This document shows positions 16,442 to 20,000 of a stretch of 20,000 nt of DNA, piece after piece. The notes below the pieces were generated by a model that had not been told where the DNA came from, did not search any database, and saw only the letters and a list, made by a program, of their open reading frames with translations. Position numbers and translations under genes: made by a program. The DNA lies in IMG/VR virus record IMGVR_UViG_3300010346_002377. The stretch is one strand, 5' to 3'. Numbering within the stretch: position 1 is the stretch's first letter; each line of letters starts with the position of its first letter. This DNA is from an uncultured virus (IMG/VR IMGVR_UViG_3300010346_002377). Taxonomy: Duplodnaviria > Heunggongvirae > Uroviricota > Caudoviricetes.

Positions 16442-16729
16442 TTATAGTTTCCACGTCGCGTCGGCGACGCACAGCCGGCGGCCCTCGAAGACCGCGATCA
16501 CTTTCAGGTCCGAGCCCGGCGGGTCGCCGAACTCGCCCGACTCGTTTCCTTCGACGCACTGCTTGCGCGCCTGGTCGGCGGCCCGCGAGTACAGCGTCTC
16601 GTCGTCCGGCGCGTCGTTTTTCACGCGCACCCATTGCACCGAGATGTCCGCGCCGTAGTCTTCGGTGCAGTATTCCGGGTACAGCAGGACGACCGTGTAC
16701 CATTTGAACCCTTTGAACTTTGTTTTCAT
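16442..16729 (-). CDS. hypothetical protein (YTVVLLYPEY type)
   Basis: GGAGG RBS, ATGA coupling. Confidence 0.65.
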   Translation of the reverse strand: MKTKFKGFKWYTVVLLYPEYCTEDYGADISVQWVRVKNDAPDDETLYSRAADQARKQCVEGNESGEFGDPPGSDLKVIAVFEGRRLCVADATWKL

Positions 16730-16887
16730 TCTTCCTCCAACGGAGCTTGCCGCCCCAATTTGTGTTTGATGTTCTTCTTGTACCAAGGGCAGTCCCCATG
16801 GTTGCGGCAGCTCTTGTCCACGGCCTTGGCGCCACGGTAGGGCTTGCGCTTCTCTTTGCCGTGCTTGATGGCCTTGTCGAGACTCAT
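16726..16887 (-). CDS. 53-aa basic protein with CRNHGxCPW motif, absent from the ORF track
   Basis: MSLDKAIKHGKEKRKPYRGAKAVDKSCRNHGDCPWYKKNIKHKLGRQAPLEEE*; ATGA coupling at both ends; paralogue at 19742-19864. Confidence 0.75.
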   Translation of the reverse strand: MSLDKAIKHGKEKRKPYRGAKAVDKSCRNHGDCPWYKKNIKHKLGRQAPLEEE

Positions 16888-17123
16888 AGCACTCCGTGCG
16901 TTTCGATCTTGGACTCCGACGAGAACGCCCCGTCGACGATCAGCGTCTGGCTGTAGCCCGCTTGAAGGGCCGCCTCGCCTGCGCGGTCGACGGCCTCGTT
17001 CGCAAACACGAACCCCTTGAACAGGGCGAACGCCTGCTTGCGCGTCTTCGGCTTTTCGGTCGCCCAGAAGTAGTTTTCTCCCTCGGGGATGCGTCCTACG
17101 AAGGCCCAGTATTTCTTGTTCAC
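16884..17123 (-). CDS. hypothetical protein
   Basis: GTGA coupling with the upstream stop; MNKKYWAFVGRIP... Confidence 0.6.
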   Translation of the reverse strand: MNKKYWAFVGRIPEGENYFWATEKPKTRKQAFALFKGFVFANEAVDRAGEAALQAGYSQTLIVDGAFSSESKIETHGVL

Positions 17124-17410
17124 TCTTTCACCGCTTTCCTGCGTTTGATTCCTTCGTTCATTAACTCCCGGGCTGCATTTAACTCGGCTGCTTCCAATGA
17201 AGCCTTTAGCTCTGTCAGGCACGCCGGGCAGAACGGGGAGCTGTGTACTCCCGTCGGACAGCCGAGAGTCTCGCATTTGTTCATGGTGACGATGGCGCCC
17301 TCCATGTTGCGAGATTCCCAGCCGTGCCAGCGGTCCACAAGCTCCAACAGTTCATGTAATGCACGGACCCGTCGGACGCCGGGGGCGTTTATATTTCTCA
17401 GTTTTAGCAT
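17120..17410 (-). CDS. hypothetical protein with CxxxxC...CxxC
   Basis: GGAGGAGGT RBS, 96 aa. Confidence 0.6.
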   Translation of the reverse strand: MLKLRNINAPGVRRVRALHELLELVDRWHGWESRNMEGAIVTMNKCETLGCPTGVHSSPFCPACLTELKASLEAAELNAARELMNEGIKRRKAVKE

Positions 17411-17884
17411 TGCAATACCTCCTCCAGATCGCCAAGCTGCTGCTCTAGCAGATCCGGGTCCAGCGTCCCGTCAGGACCGTCAAGCATGCAGTCGATGCGG
17501 ATCGTTCCCAAGAGGCGCCCAGCGTGCCGGAGCCTGCGCTCCAGGTCGCGGGGAACCTCCGGCGGCATGAATTTTTCCAGCTTGCCGGGAGATCCCTGGA
17601 CGTATGATCCGTTGGCGCGAAGCTCCCGGTCGATTCGCGGCGTCCTCGTCGTCCGGGTCGCGGCCTTTCCAGCCGAAGTCTTCCGCCGCCTCGACCGCGC
17701 CCGCGTATTCCGAGTAGTCGCAGCAGACGGCAACGGGGTCGTACTCCAGCTCCTCGCCGCAACTTTCCTCGAGTTCGGTCAGATACTCGTACAGGGCGCG
17801 GCGGCCTTGCCGACTGAAGTTCTCGCTTCTGCCGACCCGGTCGAACCCGTCCACGAAGTCGGACTCCGTTACGTTTTGTTTCAT
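17404..17884 (-). pseudogene. phage protein (MKQNV...RxENFS...CCDYSEY type) apparently frameshifted or fused near 17640 to a start-less downstream frame
   Basis: The frame from 17884 is protein-like up to DPDDEDAA and then degenerates. An alternative frame (IDRELRANG...LEEVLQC*) is protein-like to 17404 but has no convincing start. Confidence 0.45.
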
Positions 17885-18786
17885 GTCACTCCTTCTTTCT
17901 TTGCCAGTCTCTCGATCTCGTTGAACCCGATCCGATGGCACCCGGCCACGATGCCGTTCTTGTTCACGGCGTCGAGTTGGTAGCGGCCGACGGCGAAGGT
18001 CTCGCCGTTGCGCCGCCAGCCCTTTTTGCGCTTGGCCATCGCGAACCGGAACAGCCGGATCGCGTCGTCCCAAGGGATGACGGCGCCCTTGCTGGTGTCC
18101 ACGGCGTCCGTTTTCGTCCCGTCGTACGCTACCGTGCGGCGCCGCAAGAACACCTTGGAGACGCCATGCGGAATACAAGCCCCCGGCTCGTTGTTCTGCC
18201 ACGCCTCGATCTTCTCCGCGTTCTCCTTCAGCAGTTTGGCCTCGAGCCGCTTCAGGCGGGTGGCCTCCTGCTTCCGGATCTCGGCGGCGCGGGCCACCAG
18301 GTCGCCGAGCTCGACCTTCGGCATCTTGACCTTGAACCACTCCGCCAAGGTCTCGGCGTTGCGGACAAGGCGGTCCGCCTGGCTTGCCAGATAGTTCAAG
18401 ATGTCGGGTTTTCGGGCCCGGCCCGCCTGCTCCATTCGCTCGGCCGCCTTGGCCAACGAGGTTTTGATTTGCTCCCGGACCCACTTCTTGTCGGCCCGGC
18501 CCTTCGCGTCCTTCGGCACGATCCAGGACTCTCCGCAGTCGACGCCCCAGACCTCCACGGACGGCAGGTGGGAAACCGCCTGCCGCATGTAGCGCTGGTG
18601 CCGGCTCGTGGAGACGCTGTAGTCGATCGCGTTGAGCACGGCCAGGGTTCCGTCCTTCGTTTGGACAAGCTCCCCGATGGCCGTCGAGTAGCTGCGAAGC
18701 ACGGGACCGGAGAAGGACAGGCTGCTGCCCGTCCCTTGGTTTTGGCTTTGGTGCGCCCAGAGATGGGCGAGTTCGCTATTCTTCAT
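17881..18786 (-). CDS. phage hypothetical protein (ELAHLWAHQ...SYS...YSVSTSRHQ...AGCH type)
   Basis: ATG at 18786 coupled to the upstream stop; 301 aa. Confidence 0.75.
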   Translation of the reverse strand: MKNSELAHLWAHQSQNQGTGSSLSFSGPVLRSYSTAIGELVQTKDGTLAVLNAIDYSVSTSRHQRYMRQAVSHLPSVEVWGVDCGESWIVPKDAKGRADKKWVREQIKTSLAKAAERMEQAGRARKPDILNYLASQADRLVRNAETLAEWFKVKMPKVELGDLVARAAEIRKQEATRLKRLEAKLLKENAEKIEAWQNNEPGACIPHGVSKVFLRRRTVAYDGTKTDAVDTSKGAVIPWDDAIRLFRFAMAKRKKGWRRNGETFAVGRYQLDAVNKNGIVAGCHRIGFNEIERLAKKEGVT

Positions 18787-19229
18787 GTTGGTCTCTTTCT
18801 TGGTTCGCTGACGTAGTCCTTTACCCAGTCCAGCACGCGCTGGCTTTTGGACGTAGGGCCCATGCAGCATTCGATCAGCAGTTCGTGGTTGCCGGAATGT
18901 CCGGCCGTCACAAGGTAGCCGTGAATGGTTTTCTTTCCGTTCCGGAAATGGAAGAATTGGTAGAGGATTGTCGGAATGTCCAAGTCCTCGATCCTCTTCC
19001 TCAGCCATCGCGGAAGATCCGGATAGACGTCCAGATCGGACTTGTTCAAGTACCCCGGCGGAAAATCCATTCCGTTGCACTTGGTTTCGGAGCGGGGCCG
19101 GATGCAGTTCGAAAACTGGCCCGGCCCCCATTGGTTTCCGGTTCCGAGGCAGACGCAGTATCGGTCGAAAGCTTTGTGTCCCGTCTCGATGCGCGCCTTG
19201 TTCGGGTGGATCCATTCAAGTTTTTTCAC
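18783..19229 (-). CDS. hypothetical protein
   Basis: GTG start with AAAGGA RBS, 148 aa. Confidence 0.65.
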   Translation of the reverse strand: MKKLEWIHPNKARIETGHKAFDRYCVCLGTGNQWGPGQFSNCIRPRSETKCNGMDFPPGYLNKSDLDVYPDLPRWLRKRIEDLDIPTILYQFFHFRNGKKTIHGYLVTAGHSGNHELLIECCMGPTSKSQRVLDWVKDYVSEPRKRPT

Positions 19230-19392
19230 GGCGGGTCCTTTTGTCTTCCGTTTCTTCTTCCGTCATTCGCCGAAGCGCTTCCGCTTCGTGCTCCAGCCAG
19301 GTATGGAATCCCAGCAGGGTTAGGTCGCAGGCCACGGCCTGCTTCCAGCGGGCCAGTTCGGCCTTGTAGTCTTCGTGGGTACTCATGTTCAT
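19216..19392 (-). CDS. small protein with a divergent WxxAVxxxxTxLxFxxW module
   Basis: RWKQAVACDLTLLGFHTW; GGAGG RBS; ATGA-coupled to histone-like paralogue B. Confidence 0.6.
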   Translation of the reverse strand: MNMSTHEDYKAELARWKQAVACDLTLLGFHTWLEHEAEALRRMTEEETEDKRTRREKT

Positions 19393-19745
19393 TTTCGTTG
19401 TTCCTCCCATTCCTTGAACGGCAGGCGCGTGGATCCGGCTCGGACGGCGGCTTGCCAATCGTTATACTCGGACCAGGTCTCCTCGCTCCGCGCAACCTCT
19501 TCCACGGAGGGTTCCGCACGCGGTGCCATATATTGGGCGCCGAGCGCGGCCGCTTTGGCTTCCGGAGAGCGGGGCCCCATGAGCCGGCCGCCGGGGGACT
19601 TGCGCCCCGTGGCGGCCAGGGTCTTCACGAGCTGTTCGAGCGTGTCGTCGATCCACTGCATCGCCTCCGCCGAGATCGTCTTGACGCTCGGGTCCTGCTT
19701 CAGCAGGGCCTTCACGTTCTGTTGGTTCAGGTACTTGATCATCAT
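19389..19745 (-). CDS. putative histone-fold protein with C-terminal DWQ module (paralogue B)
   Basis: YLNQQNVKALLKQDPSVKTISAEAMQWIDDTLEQLVKTLAATGRKSPGGRLM; AGGA RBS before ATG 19745/19742. Confidence 0.65.
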   Translation of the reverse strand: MMIKYLNQQNVKALLKQDPSVKTISAEAMQWIDDTLEQLVKTLAATGRKSPGGRLMGPRSPEAKAAALGAQYMAPRAEPSVEEVARSEETWSEYNDWQAAVRAGSTRLPFKEWEEQRK

Positions 19746-19864
19746 GATTTTCCTGTCCTTTCGTTCTTGTGTTTCCGATTCTTTTTGCACCAAGGGCAGT
19801 CGCCGTGGTTGCGGCACGAAGGGTCCACCGCCTTCGCGCCGCTCCACGGCTTCCGCTTTTCCTT
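19742..19864 (-). pseudogene. start-less paralogue of the 16726-16887 gene
   Basis: KEKRKPWSGAKAVDPSCRNHGDCPWCKKNRKHKNERTGKS* begins immediately after an in-frame TAA. Confidence 0.65.
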
Positions 19865-19999
19865 TTATTCCTTTTCTATTCGAAACGACAAAAGGGAACC
19901 TGCGAAGTTGCACTCCGGGCAAATTGCCGGCGAGTCGTCGTCCCAGTTCACCTCGCCCATTTTCAGTTCATCGTCGTACGGGTCCGTGCCGTCGTCGGT
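19865..19999 (-). CDS. C-terminus of a small zinc-ribbon-type protein (truncated by the window)
   Basis: TDDGTDPYDDELKMGEVNWDDDSPAICPECNFAGSLLSFRIEKE*. Confidence 0.6.
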   Translation of the reverse strand, partial: TDDGTDPYDDELKMGEVNWDDDSPAICPECNFAGSLLSFRIEKE

Positions 20000-20000
20000 C

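Noticed and set aside
16760..19864. Repeat pair (16760-16860 versus 19765-19864) as a DGR template/variable repeat
   Set aside because: Differences are largely synonymous and not adenine-specific, and no reverse transcriptase is present in the window
1..20000. Stop-codon reassignment
   Set aside because: TAA, TAG and TGA all end genes at sensible boundaries and the long genes are uninterrupted

Overview
GC-rich fragment of a tailed dsDNA phage (or prophage) genome. No integrase, capsid or host housekeeping genes are visible. Positions 1-1862 (+ strand) carry the end of a large, probably virion/ejection protein and two small ORFs. The rest (1872-20000) is on the - strand. It holds a replication module (AEP-type primase/SF3 helicase, family A DNA polymerase, SSB-like protein, PD-(D/E)XK nuclease, SF2 helicase) and about 30 tightly packed small accessory genes with several paralogues and apparent deletion scars. 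The most notable candidate system is two paralogous histone-fold-like proteins (14343-14729, 19389-19745) that share a C-terminal 'DWQxAVxxGxTxLPFxEW' module. That module also occurs as two stand-alone micro-proteins, and there is an unannotated 31-aa histone-H1-like Lys/Ala/Pro peptide (1872-1967). The polymerase has Tyr at three normally conserved active-site positions and a structured, pseudoknot-capable 5' leader. All functional calls come from reading motifs by eye; no searches were run.
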